Assembly (NCBI GenBank): GCA_965644265.1
Contig: OZ286475.1
Location: 44,888,001 to 44,952,000 of the forward strand
Direction: 5' to 3'
From: Glycera tridactyla
Taxonomy: Eukaryota
Length of the DNA stretch: 64,000 nucleotides
The notes beneath the pieces were generated by a model. It was not told the origin of the DNA, made no database searches, and saw only the letters and a list, made by a program, of their open reading frames with translations. This document shows, piece after piece, positions 1-12,604 of this stretch. The translations under genes were made by a program, and so were the position numbers. Position 1 is the first letter of the stretch. Each line of letters opens with the position of its first letter.

Positions 1-575
1 TTGAATTGATAAGCTTCCTCCTTCGAAACAGCAAACCGCAGAAACTTCTGATACTGTGTGTTTATCGGGACGTGGAAATAGGCGTCTTTCAGATCTATGG
101 AGACTGCCCAGTCCAGCAGTGCTATTGACTTCACCACTGACCTGGCAGTCTCCATTTTGAATTTCTGATTGTATAACAATCTGTTTAACGGCTTGAGATT
201 TATTATAGGTCTGAAACCCCCTGTTGACTTGGCAACAAGAAACAGGTTGCAATAAAACCCTGGTGGAGCTGATGTGTCCACCTTCGCTATAGCTCCTTTC
301 TGCAACATTTGATTGATCTCCTCGATCAATGCAGCCCTCTTCTCCATGTTTTTCGGTAGAGTAAATGGACGGAAATTCGGGGAGAGAGGGGGATTCTCCA
401 AAAATGTCAAAGCTAGACCTGTTGATACTATTTCTAGAACGAACCGATTGGTCGTTAATTTCTCCCAAGCCGGAAAGAACTTTGAAAGACGACCCCCCAC
501 AACCTGCGGCTCTGAGGGAGGAGCGCTCGTCTCCCTAGGGCTGGCGCCTACCTCTACCCTTAGATCTGGGGAAAT
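1..575 (-). CDS. pol: DIRS reverse transcriptase N-terminal part; frame open to the window edge and absent from the ORF track
   Basis: Manual translation: QVVGGRLSKFFPAWEKLTTNRFVLEIVSTG...GAIAKV...GFYCNLFLVAKSTGGFRPIINLKPLN...FKMET...WAVSIDLKDAYFHVPINTQYQKFLRF...YQF. No stops; first in-frame ATG at 347. Confidence 0.92.
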   Translation of the reverse strand, partial: MSPDLRVEVGASPRETSAPPSEPQVVGGRLSKFFPAWEKLTTNRFVLEIVSTGLALTFLENPPLSPNFRPFTLPKNMEKRAALIEEINQMLQKGAIAKVDTSAPPGFYCNLFLVAKSTGGFRPIINLKPLNRLLYNQKFKMETARSVVKSIALLDWAVSIDLKDAYFHVPINTQYQKFLRFAVSKEEAYQF

Positions 576-3185
576 TCATTCTACGATCCTGTTTTCCCCT
601 GTAGGACTGAGGCTGAGTCTCCTGAGAATCTTCTGCTTTTGCAGGTGTCTGCGCTGCCCCTCGACCACGCCCTCTGCCCCTTGTCTGGCTCCGACCCTTC
701 CTACTGGAACTACCACCTCTTGATCTTGGTTGATATTGACCTCTACCTGATTTCTTTGGTGAAGAGCTCTTGAAATCAAAGGCTAACTCCCTATTTCTGC
801 GACCTACTTCGAAGGCAGTCTTAGAAGCTTCATCAAGCTTTCCTCCGAATAAGAATTCTTGGCCTAATGGCAAGGCTCTCAGCTTTGCTTTAGTGTCGTC
901 ATCAAACTGGAGGGATTTAAGAGCCACGGTGCGTCTCGACAGCTCCATGTTTCCTACCACTTTGAGTACTAACAGGGCTGTATGTTCAACAGCCATCAAG
1001 CCGATTCTGGTTGCCTCCTTGGCCTTGACCTTGACATCCTTAATATCGGCCTCAGTAATATCTGCAGCACCCAATCCTGTCTGCAAAGCAAAATCAGCAT
1101 AGCTGAGAGTCTTGAGGGCTTCTCTTAAGGTGGTCTCGTCATTGGTAGGTTTGAGGTCAAGTTTAGAAGCCTTGCCATACTTTTTCACATATTCAGGGTC
1201 GATCTGAGGGCATTGTACTAGATATTTATGGGATCTATCTCCAGAACGGCGGATTCTATATGATCTGGTATTGCTACCGAACACTCGAGGAAGAGAAGGT
1301 TTGAAATAACGAGAATTTGCTCCTTCTAAGCCCTCTGTACCAACAGTGAAATCTTCCATGTCTGTTGTGATAGGCTGAATCTCAGCTCGAATATCCCTTC
1401 CCTGTAGGGTCTTATCAAGGATTTCCTGTCCATTAATAAGAAGAGATGACAATGGAAGAGCAGAATCCAGTATTCTCTCTATCTCCTTAGATTGCATCTC
1501 TAGTTCAAATGAAGTGTTCATATTATTATCACTTATAGTGATCTTGCCAATCTCTGAAGGATGTGGTGGGGGAATACAAGTGGGCAGTACCTCTGCCGCA
1601 AACCGGCGAAAACTTCTCATCCTCCTTCTGACAGCGGGTTTCTCAGAATCCTCATCTGAACCCTCACCATCTGAAACAGCTTTCTTAGCTTCCTCTCTCA
1701 ATCTATCCCTTTCCAGTAGCTTATCTATTTTTTCCTGCATAGATTGTAGAAGAGCATCCTGCTCTATCTCCCTCCTGGTTCTTATATTGTGACCCGCCTG
1801 GTCATGAACCTGGATCTCCTCTTCCACTCCAATTATCTGGACACCATCACCCATAAGGGCTACCCTGCCTGGTGCTGAAGCTGTAGCTGGAATCAATCTG
1901 GCACGTTTGGTCGGATTAAGGGCAGAAAAACCTTGCTGATTATCTGGTATTCTAGAACTCTGAACCTGAGATCCAGCCCCAGACATATTCAATCCCAATT
2001 CTGCTAGTTCTGCTTCCAGTTTACGCTTCTTATCTGCAAATAACCTAAGGCTATCTTTTAGAGCTTGAGGAAGAGTTGGAGAACCAAAAATCTCGGGGTC
2101 CAAGCTAACTGGACGATGCTCAGAATTCTGAGGCTCCCCATGAACCTCAGCCTGTACTACCCTAGTACTAGAATTCTGAGCTGAACTAGCCCGCAAACCC
2201 CTGTCTGGGCGTAGTTCTGTGTTGGGATCAGATGTTCTTCTATTACCCGATAGATCCTGAACTTGCTGATTCCCAAAGGAGTCTGAATGAACACGTGATC
2301 TGAAGGGCGCAGAAAGATCAGTGGGTGTCAATGATTCCTGTTGTATAGATGGCTCGAGGACATTAGATACCACACCTGTCGCATCCATAATTTTGTCCTC
2401 AGTAACTCGGACACCGTCCCGTGACGGAAGCCCAGGGTAGTTTACCCCTGTCCGAGTATCACTCACTGGTGAATGATTTGTCAGTGAGCCATCTACACTT
2501 CTATTCCTAGAAGACCACCTAAGGTTAAGAGGAGCACTCTGTGTACCTAAGTCTAACCTGGAGACATTCCCACTCTGGACTGGTGACACATGGGGGGATT
2601 TGATCTTAGATTTTGTGTGGGATAACATTTCCTCACTCACTTTACTCCTCTCTAACCTAACCACAGGTTATGAAACTCTGATGGACCTTCTATCACTGGC
2701 AGATGATTCATCTCTAATACTACTCCTTGTAGCATGCTCTGAGGCTTTGGAGGATGATCTAAGTCTAGGCCTAGACTGTCTTTCTCTTAATGACTGTACT
2801 AACTGAGGCCTGAGACTGAGTTCCTGCACAACACTGCCTAAGCTAGATTGGGTATCATCAGGAGGAGCATTACTCCCTTCAGCTCCTTTATGGTGAGAAC
2901 TGGCAGTTGACTTATCCTCTGCACTTTTGGGACCAAGTTTGCAAGAAGTGGAGTCAGATTTAGCCACCGGGACTACCTCTTTTAGTGAAAGATCCTCTGA
3001 TATGGACAATCTGAAGGTGTGGTGCTTATGCCACAATTCAGGGGACCAGTGCAAACAAACATCACAAACTCCTTGGCCCTCAGCTGAAGATGGTGAAAGA
3101 CCACAAGGCCTGCAAGAGGGGCATAATGAATGGCTATCCCAGGTATAACATGGCCACAAGTGCCCCTCTTATTTGTATTTGGCAT
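535..3185 (-). pseudogene. gag: DIRS ORF1 (gag-like, ~880 aa) with one frameshift and one premature stop
   Basis: ORFs 2982-3185, 2668-3159 and 535-2664 join into one protein. MPNTNKRGTCGHVI shifts frame near 3142 into WDSHSLCPSCRPC..CDVCLHW. An in-frame TAA at 2668-2670 is followed by PVVRLERSK. The C-terminus has LRALPLGQEFLFGGKL and an RG-rich tail, typical of DIRS ORF1. Confidence 0.8.
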
Positions 3186-3300
3186 GATTCAGGATTCCGA
3201 AACTAGAACAATGGACTCACAATTACTGCACGGATACAGGGGTCAATAGGAAAAATCACAACACGAACACAACAAGTTTTGGCACAATAGGTCTGTCACA

Positions 3301-3618
3301 GATATGAAAATCACAACCCTTAGGGTATTTCAAACATCACCGACATACTTGGCTGATAACAATATATATATATGTATGCCGTGAATGTGACCACGCGTGA
3401 GGTATGCTTCCGAAATGTAACGCGTATGAGATAACTCACATCAGAATTATATGGCTCCTGAATAAGGTGAATAATACAACACCTGAAACTGATATGAAAA
3501 TCACAACCCCGGAGGGTATTTCAATCCAACCAACCGATCCACACTGAGCAACATGATATCATTTCTCAAGTACAACATCTGAATGATATGAAAATCACAA
3601 CCCCGGAGGGTATTTCAA
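3301..3618. repeat. Three copies of a 33-34 bp motif in the DIRS 5' leader
   Basis: GATATGAAAATCACAACCC(TT/CGG)AGGGTATTTCAA at 3301-3333, 3491-3524 and 3585-3618. Confidence 0.95.
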
Positions 3619-3670
3619 TCTATCCTTCCAACCACACTGAGCACAACATATTACACAATCGGTAAATTAG

Positions 3671-4159
3671 CATCGAAAGATACAGATATAAGTAATGTGA
3701 TACAAGCATGAAACCTCTCGCGAGGAGTAGCGTGTGAGCGCGAGCTACATTAGCGTGTGCGCGCGCGCTACATAACGCTACAATCGACAATCTCCATGAA
3801 AACAAAAGCTGATTTCGTTCGAATAGTATCAAGGGAAGATGGAGGGGTATTTCTAGTATCGTATAGATACAAGGGGCGCTACGAGAATGGGGTAGAAGCG
3901 ATTAGACGCTAAAATAACATCGAAAGATACAGATATAAGTAAGGTGCTAGAAGCATGAAACCCGCCGCGAGGAGTAGCGTGTGAGCGCGAGCTACATTAG
4001 CGTGTGCGCGCGCGCTACATAACGCTACAACCGGCAAAATACATGAAATGTGCTGATTTTGTTCAAATAGTATCAAAGGATGATGGTGGGGTATTTACTA
4101 GTATCGTATAGATATAAGGGCGCTAAGAGAAGAAGTTATAGCAAGGAGACGCTAAAATA
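3671..4159. repeat. Tandem duplication, 2 x ~247 bp, in the DIRS 5' leader
   Basis: CATCGAAAGATACAGATATAAGTAA at 3671 and 3918; both copies end in AGACGCTAAAATA. Confidence 0.95.
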
Positions 4160-5421
4160 GCGCCCGAACATGGTGCCGAGTCGAGCTGTCAAACTCACTC
4201 GAAGCGCTTCCCTAGCAACCCGTCAACAAACGTAAACAAACCCGCTCGTCTATACTCGTCTATAATCGTACAGAAATCCGTTAAATCCAGAATATTCACA
4301 CACGCGAAGCATACCTCAAGTGATATAAGCCAGTTTGTGTATCCGTGAAGCGATAATCATGACACATTAAGATATCCGAACGCAGCATGAATCCGAGTCC
4401 ACGAAGGAGAATCCTGACAGCTGAAACAAATATCGGACATTCAAAGTTCGCAAAAGCACCCAGAATCACCCAAATCATTCAATCGTCAGGGATCGTGTCC
4501 CGTAGAATAATGATAGGAATAATATGAATGATTCCAGATTGTAGGCGCTGAGAAAAAACATCAAAAATGAGGGATTTTCTCTGCCCGGGTACTTCCCAAC
4601 TACTCTCAATGAGGCGAAGTTGAAAAATACACAGAATTACGCGGGAGCTGCGTTGACATCGACAGTTACGCACGACATCTAGCGTAACTGGCAGCGGTCG
4701 GGAGGAACACCCCTAATTGAAATTCTTATTGTTGTTATGTTCGCTTGTAGGCCTATCGGCCCGGGGAATGCTAAATTTGAGGGAGAAATGGTACAGATAG
4801 ATCTGATATTCTCACAGGCAAAACACCACTCAACACTGAAACATGAGATTCATTACAACTCTCAGCAGGAGGCTATCATCAAATCAATTCCATACATGTT
4901 TGCATCATAACAAAATTATACTGTATGAACTTAGCACAAGTTGTACCTTTTACAGTAAATATGCGGTAGATTACAAATGGTGACCATATTTTCAAAACAA
5001 ATGCTTTTTAGATAGGGTACGGCTGTCTGTTTGAATGTTATTCAATCTACGTGTAGTTATCAGAATAATTTCACAGGTGATCAGTATAGATACTATCCTA
5101 CACTTATTTTCAAATCTGACTTTTTGAACAAGTATAATCATGCAGCAGTGTCGTATAATGAGTTTGTACAACATATAACAATTGACACAAGAAATAGAGC
5201 CATGTATAAAAAAACATGATAGGCAACATGCATTTGAAGTGGAAAATTTGATGGGTCTAGTATGAATCACTTTAACCATATTGTTCTATTTTGAAGAGCG
5301 TGGACTCTATGAAACCCGTGGAACCTGCTTGTCTTTCCAAGTGAGAGAAAATGAGGTCCAGTTCTCGTTCAAGCCGGTATTATTGGCTAAAATTCGGATA
5401 TTCTTTTATCACTACCAGTGG

Positions 5422-5833
5422 AAATATAAATGGAAATGTTAAGGTTTTAGGTTCACTTTCTGCACTGAAGTAGACCCAGTGCATGCCGACCGGGATATCG
5501 AGGCCACCTGTGTTGATAGGAGTCTCTTCCTTGACGCACCTTAAAGATCCACTGCTGTCTTCTGCAAAGAGTAGGGACGGCCCCCGGCAGGCAGTGACTC
5601 TTTTCTTCAGCATTCTCAATTTGTTTCAGTTTCAGTTCAATATATCCCATGCGGGTTTGAGTGACATTAAACTCAAACAAACAAACAGAGCACTCGAGTA
5701 GGCTAAATCAGACCACCTGCCAAGGAGGATCGAAAATGAAGGGTGGAATGTTCCTGCATGGTAGGACCGGGATTGAACCCCAGACCCACTGCACGCCAGC
5801 CCAGTACGCTACTACTGCGCCATCGGAGCAGCC
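5422..5833 (-). mobile_element. tRNA-derived SINE, long form (412 bp)
   Basis: A-box-like TGGCGCAGTAGTAG and B-box GGTTCAATCCC on the minus strand; CATTT-rich tail. 13-bp TSD TCACTACCAGTGG at 5409-5421 and 5834-5846. The paralogous site near 31180 is empty. Confidence 0.88.
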
Positions 5834-7269
5834 TCACTACCAGTGGCTTCTTCATTTGACAGTTGCTGTTCGAGGGATCCCAAAGGGTTCGGAATAGTTC
5901 AAGATATCCTTGTCTGTATAGCATGTGGTGCATTCAGGTTTGAGAGACGCACGTCCAAACAAATTTACGAATGGGGTTTATCACTACATGGCACATTGAA
6001 TTGAACATTGGCTTAATTAGAGTAGGGGAAAGGATTCCAACTGCAAGCCCAATGTGTCATTTGTGACTTGGCTGGCGTTAGTTGGTGATAAAGTTAGCCA
6101 GGCCAATCCGTGTTTTATGTCTGCCGAGATTGGTGTCTGGGGTGAGTCAAATGACACATCATGATGTCTGATTAGCAGTCCCTGGTGTTGTGTATCTCTA
6201 TATCGAATATTCGCATGTGTTTGATATGCCTTGTAGAGGACACAACCCACACATTACTGATCACTCAAAATGTCATGCGGTATAGCTTGTCTTGGTTGCT
6301 ATTGAACTGGATTGTGACATGGCAATGTTGATATCTCCATAGCTATGATGCCATTGTCACACCTCTCTTCCTAACTCCGCCTCTTCGTGACACTAATACA
6401 ACTTCCGGTTCATTTTCTCTGAAAAAGTGCAAGTTCAACACTGCATATCAAGGGATTCTGTCAAGTGTCACATGCAGAGGCTGCCACATCCCCATAGCGA
6501 TGGTCTAATTTTGATGCCACATTTACTAACGCTGCCTGCCAATCACCAATAGAGCTCCTATTTCATATGTTTCAAATGTTTCGAGTTTGGTGCTCATTGC
6601 TGATGAGGAAGCCACACTGTTGAGCCATCTCATGGAAGCTAGGGAGTACACAGCACAAACCTGTACATATTTATTACCAGTGCATTATGAATCACCATAG
6701 ATGAGAGTATCCCTGATACTTCTCTCTAGAGATATTCTTGTAGCTAAAATTCGATGCAATAGACTATCTGTCTTGATCAGGAAATTTATGGGACCTAGGG
6801 GAGATTAACGATTCATCCTGTAATATCACCTCGTATAGATATATAGTATCTAGAACAAACAGGGTTATATGTGGGTTGAATATTAGCTATTGTAATGTAT
6901 TGTAACATGCCGTTGCCTGATCAAAAAAGAAAAGTGAAGCCTTTGAAACTCGGTTCCACTTCACTGACCTCGAGCGTGCAATATTGAGTGCACTGATGTA
7001 TATGAAGAACCAACTTTCAACCGCGAACTATTCAGTCAGTTTTGGTGAAATAAGTCAGATCATGATTTGGCCGTGATGTACTCCGGATGAAGAAATTATG
7101 TCATTTATTCAGGTCAAGGCCACATCACATAACCCTATGTTTCTAGTGATAATCAAAAGCACAATAAGGTCTTTTAGGCCTGGTGGATTTCAATACCTGT
7201 CATTCATTGAATCAAATTGTGTGCTAGCCAGAACACTGAATGTTTTTTTTGATCGGAATTCATCATGTG

Positions 7270-10200
7270 GCATTATTACCATGAACACTTTGCAGCTGAG
7301 GTTCATACCATAATCTGAATCAGATTGCAAAGAAGCTGAATGCTATCAATAATGATACATTCAACGAAAATTAGGGATTTACATTATGGGTTGTTTCTGA
7401 AATCATTTATCAAATTGGTGTTGGTTCTTCGATTTTGATGAAGGTGTACAGCAAAGGCAATATAGAGTTATTTCCGAATCATTATTTATCACATTGGTGA
7501 TAACCATTGACCTGATAACCATAACACCTGGGTGGACATTTTGCCCAAATCCTCCCATAATTCATGATTTGCCTATACCTCTATCACAACACTTCATCAT
7601 GCTGAAGTCTTAGGTGAAGAAGCTTAATAAGTTCGTCTATTCAACCAATACAATCGAATATTAGGCCATACCACTTCCTGCCTGGATAATTTCATCATCA
7701 TAAAAATATCTCTAGTAGTTAATGCACTTTTTGGGCATGCCCGTGAATTAGTTATATTTCTTTGAATTAGCTCTTTGAATGTAGATGTTACCAAGCTTTG
7801 ATACAGAAACCCATACATATTATTTTACACTACCTTGTGGGCTTTTGGAATTGGAGACATTTTGTTGCCCCTAATAACCCTGTGAGCGTTGCTATGGCAA
7901 CAGATTTGAAAAAAAATCAAACAGTTCAGGGCTGTTTTGACCCAGCGCAGGACCAATACAGGATATAGAGAATCACAGTTGGTACCCAATCACTCCATCA
8001 ATGCTGCTCTACATCTCTCTACTGGCACAATTTTAGTCAGGTCTTGAAATTCATGAAAATCTCATTTCTATGGATTTTGAGCTGGATTTTTACATTTCTT
8101 GCAACAAAAATGGATATTTTGAGAAATCTATTGCCTAACTGAAAAATGTGCCTATGACTGATTATCAAGCCCTATGCCAAATTGGAATTGAATGATGCAG
8201 TGATGGTCCTGAGCTAGGCCCAGATAGCCAAGATTGATTCGAATTCCTTTTTTGGTTGCCATGGTCAAAAATAATCATCAGCAACACAATTTCAAGTTGT
8301 TTATTCAGAGACATAGGTGCCCTCGAAGGGAATGTATGGTCTTTCATACATCATTCCAAGATGAAAGATACAAATCACAGTTTGATCAACCCTATTCTGA
8401 CATATTCAACGATTAGGCAAAAGTGCATAATTCACTTGAGATGCGTCTCTTTCCACTTAACAGATACAAGGTAGGACAGCTGCATAATCGGTCAAACTTT
8501 TTCATATTGATTTGATTCGTGGAAAGACTTATCAATTACTGCAGACTAGTTTGTCAAAGATGGTTCACATATGTGTTAGTGTCTATGATTTGTGCACATG
8601 AGAGATCCACTCTGCGATTTCAGATAGGTGTGGAGACGATGGCCAACCCAAAGTCTTCTATCTTCCATCTAATGGTGTGTTATTTCACAAAGAGAAATGT
8701 TCTCCACTTTCAATACTTAGTGATAGTCGTCCATGGAAAAAAATTGAGATTTTATGTATTGAGATGTAAAATCAGTCAGATTCAGTTGAAAATATCGGAA
8801 TGAAGGAATGCTGCAGATGTGGAGACAGTAACTATCTGACAGAGGTCTCGACTTTAGCGTTGTTGACTATTCTACACCAGGCACCATGTATTTGATGAAA
8901 AAAGGTGATACTCATTGCATACAGAAGAAATCACATAGAGACATTAGGAATTGTAGCTGGAATTGTGTTCCAGGTTGGTCTTGACCATCAAACTAATGAT
9001 ACTGGTATTATCACCATGAACATTTTGCAGCTGAGTTTCATACCATAATCTGAATCAGATTGCAAAGAAGCTGAATGCTATCAATAATGATACATTCAAC
9101 GAAAATTAGGGATTCACATTATGGGTTGTTTCTGGAATCATTTATCAAATTGGTGGTGGTTCTTTGATCATGATAAAGGTGTACAGCAAAGGCAATATAG
9201 AGTTATTTCCGAGTCATTATCTATCACATTGGTGATAACCATTGACGTCATGATAAACGTGTACAACAGTGGTGATACTACATCATTTCTCTTGTCTGCA
9301 GAGAAAAAGGTGCGGATGAAGAAACACCTGGGTGGACATTTTGCCCAAATCCTCCCATAATTCATGATTTGCCTATACCTCTATCACAACACTTCATCAT
9401 GCTGAAGTCTTAGGTGAAGAAGCTTAATAAGTTCGTCTATTCCACCAATACAATCGAATATTAGGCCATACCACTTCCTGCCTGGATTATTTCATCATCA
9501 TAAAAATATCTCTAGTAGTTAATGCACTTTCTGAATTAGTTATATTTCTTCGAATTAGCTCTTTGAATGTAGATATTACCAAGCTTTGATACAGAAACCC
9601 ATACATATAATTATACACTACCTTGTTGGCTTTCAGAATTGCAGACATTTCGTTGCCCCTAAAAACCCTGTGAGCGTTGCTATGGCAACAGATTTGTAAA
9701 GACTCAAACAGTTCAGGGCTGTTTCGACCCAGCGCAGGACCAATACAGGATATAGAGAATCATAGTTGGTACCCAATCACTCCATCAATGCTGCTCTACA
9801 TCTCTCTACTGTCACAATTTTAGTTAGGTCTTGAAATTCATGAAAATCTCATTTCTATGGATTTTGAGCTGGATTTTTACATTTCTTGCAACAAAAATGG
9901 ATATTTTGAGAAATCTATTGCCTGACTGAAAAATGTGCCTATGACTGATTATCAAGCCCTATACCAAATGTGAATTGAATGATGCAGTGATGGTCCTGAG
10001 CTAGGCCCAGATAGCCAAGATTGATTCGAATTCCTTTTTTGGTTGCCATGGTCAAAAATAATCATCAGCAACACAATTTCAAGTTGTTTATTCAGAGACA
10101 TAGGTGCCCTCGAAGGGAATGTATGGTCTTTCATACATCATTTGAAGATGAAAGATACAAATCACAGTTTGATCAACCCTATTCTGACATATTCAACGAT

Positions 10201-10795
10201 TAGGTAAAAGTGCATAATTCACTTGAGATGCATCTCTTCCCACTTAACAGATACAAGGTAGGACAGCTGCATAATTGGTCAAACTTTTTCATATTGATTT
10301 GATTCGTGGAAAGACTTATCAATTACTGCAGACTAGTTTGTCAAAGATGGTTCACATATGTGTTAGTGTCTATGACTTGTGCACATGAGAGATCCACTCT
10401 GCGTTTTCAGATAGGTGTGGAGACGATGGCCAACCCAAAGTCTTCTATCTTCCATCTAATGGTGTGTTATTTCACAAAGAGAAATGTTCTCCACTTTCAA
10501 TACTTAGTGATAGTCGTCCATGGAATAAAATTGAGATTTTATGTATTGAGATGTAAAATCAGTCAGATTCAGTTGAAAATATCGGAATGAAGGAATGCTG
10601 CAGATGTGGAGACAGTAACTATCTGACAGAGGTCTCGACTTTAGCGTTGTTGACTATTCTACACCAGGCACCATGTATTTGATGAAAAAAGGTGATACTC
10701 ATTGCATACAGAAGAAATCACATAGAGACATTAGGAATTGTGGCGGGGATTGTGTTCCAGGTTGGTTTTGATCATCAAACTAATGATACTGGTAT
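7270..10795. repeat. Recent tandem duplication, 2 x ~1.74-1.79 kb
   Basis: 7270-9008 and 9009-10795 are nearly identical (ORF pairs 8165/9952 and 8519/10306, offset 1787). Single copy in unit 2. Confidence 0.95.
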
Positions 10796-11407
10796 ACAAG
10801 AGAGTGATACAACATTTGCGCTATCTCCTTTAATGAGAACCGAGGGATACAAAGACAGTTGAATCGCGACACAGACCATTCACAACTAATAGAGACTTAT
10901 TATAGCAATGCGCCTGGAAAAACTTTTTGTGTCCGAGAAAGCATTCTGAAGACAGTAATTCAGATTAGTTGATTCCATATCGGAGAATGGTCATGTCAGA
11001 TCATTTGGATACCTGACAGGTTTCATATTGTGGAATGGCAAGTAATGTTCGATAAATTTCATAATATTTCTTATTCCGTAGCAACCATCACCAAGAACTT
11101 GTGAATGTTTCTACAGTTTCGACTGTAGGAGAAAGGTATCTATGATTCGTTTATTAGGCATAAGTGAGAAGCAAACAAACTTTTAAAAGCATCATTCTGT
11201 TGCAAGTATTAGGACTATTCATTCTTGGGCTCTTTTGCTACTTTTCTGGGTTTATTCTCTAGCAATATGTCCATGATACTCTCAATGCACTGTGTATACG
11301 TTTCTTCGAGGGAATATTTGGATAGAAGAAGGACATAATGTTTATTGTCCTCTGACCCAGTTTACTCAACAATTGAACCAAAATTGAATTATTCACGATA
11401 ATACATA

Positions 11408-11411
<4 letters not shown>

Positions 11412-11454
<43 letters not shown>
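11412..11454. repeat. (AT)n microsatellite
   Basis: Direct inspection. Confidence 0.97.
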
Positions 11455-11459
<5 letters not shown>

Positions 11460-11720
11460 GACGAGGCAAACACGTTCAGCTCCTTCCACGGCAAGACTCG
11501 GACTGAAGTTTGTTTGTAAACAGACGCCGTGACGTCATAATCGATGCCGCATTCAGTTGCCAAGTGATAGCGTCGCGGCACTAGCGGCGTCGCCACCTAG
11601 TGGATGACTTGGCAATTAAACACTCCTTGGCATCAGCCAGATGGCACTGTGCAGTGATGGGATCATCCACTATACAGTTTTCATCTGGGTTGCTAGAACT
11701 TGGGTTTTGCAGCAAATTCT

Positions 11721-11763
11721 AGCCAATCCGAGTTTCGGTCCTTTAGACCTCATCAGTTGCCAT
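11721..11763 (-). ncRNA. Degenerate type I hammerhead ribozyme associated with the Penelope-like element
   Basis: Minus strand TGGCAA-CTGATGA-GGTC-TAAAG-GACC-GAAAC-TCGGA-TTGGCT. Core boxes are intact and stem II is perfect; the cleavage triplet and stem I are degenerate. Confidence 0.65.
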
Positions 11764-12151
11764 TTCTGTGCTATGATTTAAAAATTGATGTATTTTTCAA
11801 CCATTTAAGTCCTGGGAGCGGGGGTGATGCTGCATTTATGATGCTGGTCTCCTCCCATCCCTCTATGATGTTGGGAGAGTCATTCATATAAAATGGCACT
11901 CCCGATTACATAGGATTTGGCGTCCGTTGGAGAGTGCACTCTCACAATTTGTGTTCAAACTGTGAGTGCGTCTACTGGGGGGTGGAGTCATTTTCAAATG
12001 AGTCTCAGGATGGGACCCACATAAATAAAGAAAATTGTGTGACGAGGCAAAGGGTCCACAACATGATGTCATTTGAAAGGTCTCCCCCAAATCCGATGGG
12101 ATTGGTTCCTCCAGTTCTTTGGCGTTGAACTCCTATTTGGGGGCCCCATAT

Positions 12152-12604
12152 TTATTTTCTGTTGGTTTTGATTTTACCGGTCTCCCGATAAAACCTACAA
12201 TTTCTACAGTTTTTCTCAAGGGGGGTTCTGTCCTTGGTGTTCAACCCCATTGGGAGCATGGTTTTCAACCTATGGATCCAATTGAATTCAATTTGGAGCC
12301 TTAGGGTGATGCTATAGTCCCTTTTTGGGTGGACATAAATGAAATCCAGAATGTGGATTTTCATTTCTCTGAGTCCCTTGTGGTTAGTTGATTGAAAATG
12401 TCGGCTCACATCTTCAACCAAATTCTTCCTTCCAATGGCTCCAGAGTGTGCTCCAAATCTCTGATTGATACTGTTTCCAGTTTGCCCGACATATTGTTTG
12501 GAGCAGTTCTTACATGTGATGCAATATATGACATTGCTGCTTTGACATGTAATGTTTTTCTTGGCCTCATATTCACGCCCAGTGGTGGTGATATATATAT
12601 ATAT
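12152..12604 (-). mobile_element. Penelope-like retroelement 3' fragment encoding a GIY-YIG endonuclease
   Basis: Open frame ITCQSSNVIYCITCKNCSKQYVGQTGNSINQRFGAH...VSRHF...RLQIEFNWIHRLKTMLPMGLN matches the Penelope GIY-YIG pattern (VIY, YVGQT, CxxC, R..H, E..WI..L.T..P.GLN). Disrupted upstream by an (AT)n run. Confidence 0.88.

Larger units (their letters stand above)
1..4768 (-). mobile_element. DIRS-type (tyrosine-recombinase) retrotransposon, 5' part; runs off the left edge
   Basis: Gag-like ORF with an N-terminal Cys/His knuckle, followed by an overlapping RT frame (VGGRL...W; DLKDAYFHVPI). The 5' boundary is tentative (sense strand starts TTCCCCGGG near 4768); similarity to the host backbone resumes at ~4830. 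RNaseH and YR would lie outside the window. Confidence 0.85.

Noticed and set aside
313-1792. Plus-strand ORFs 313-723, 770-1102 and 1514-1792
   Set aside because: Antisense shadows of the DIRS gag and pol frames, with no motifs.
3301-3618. CRISPR array
   Set aside because: Only three repeats with unequal 60 and 157 nt spacers, inside a eukaryotic retroelement, with no cas genes.
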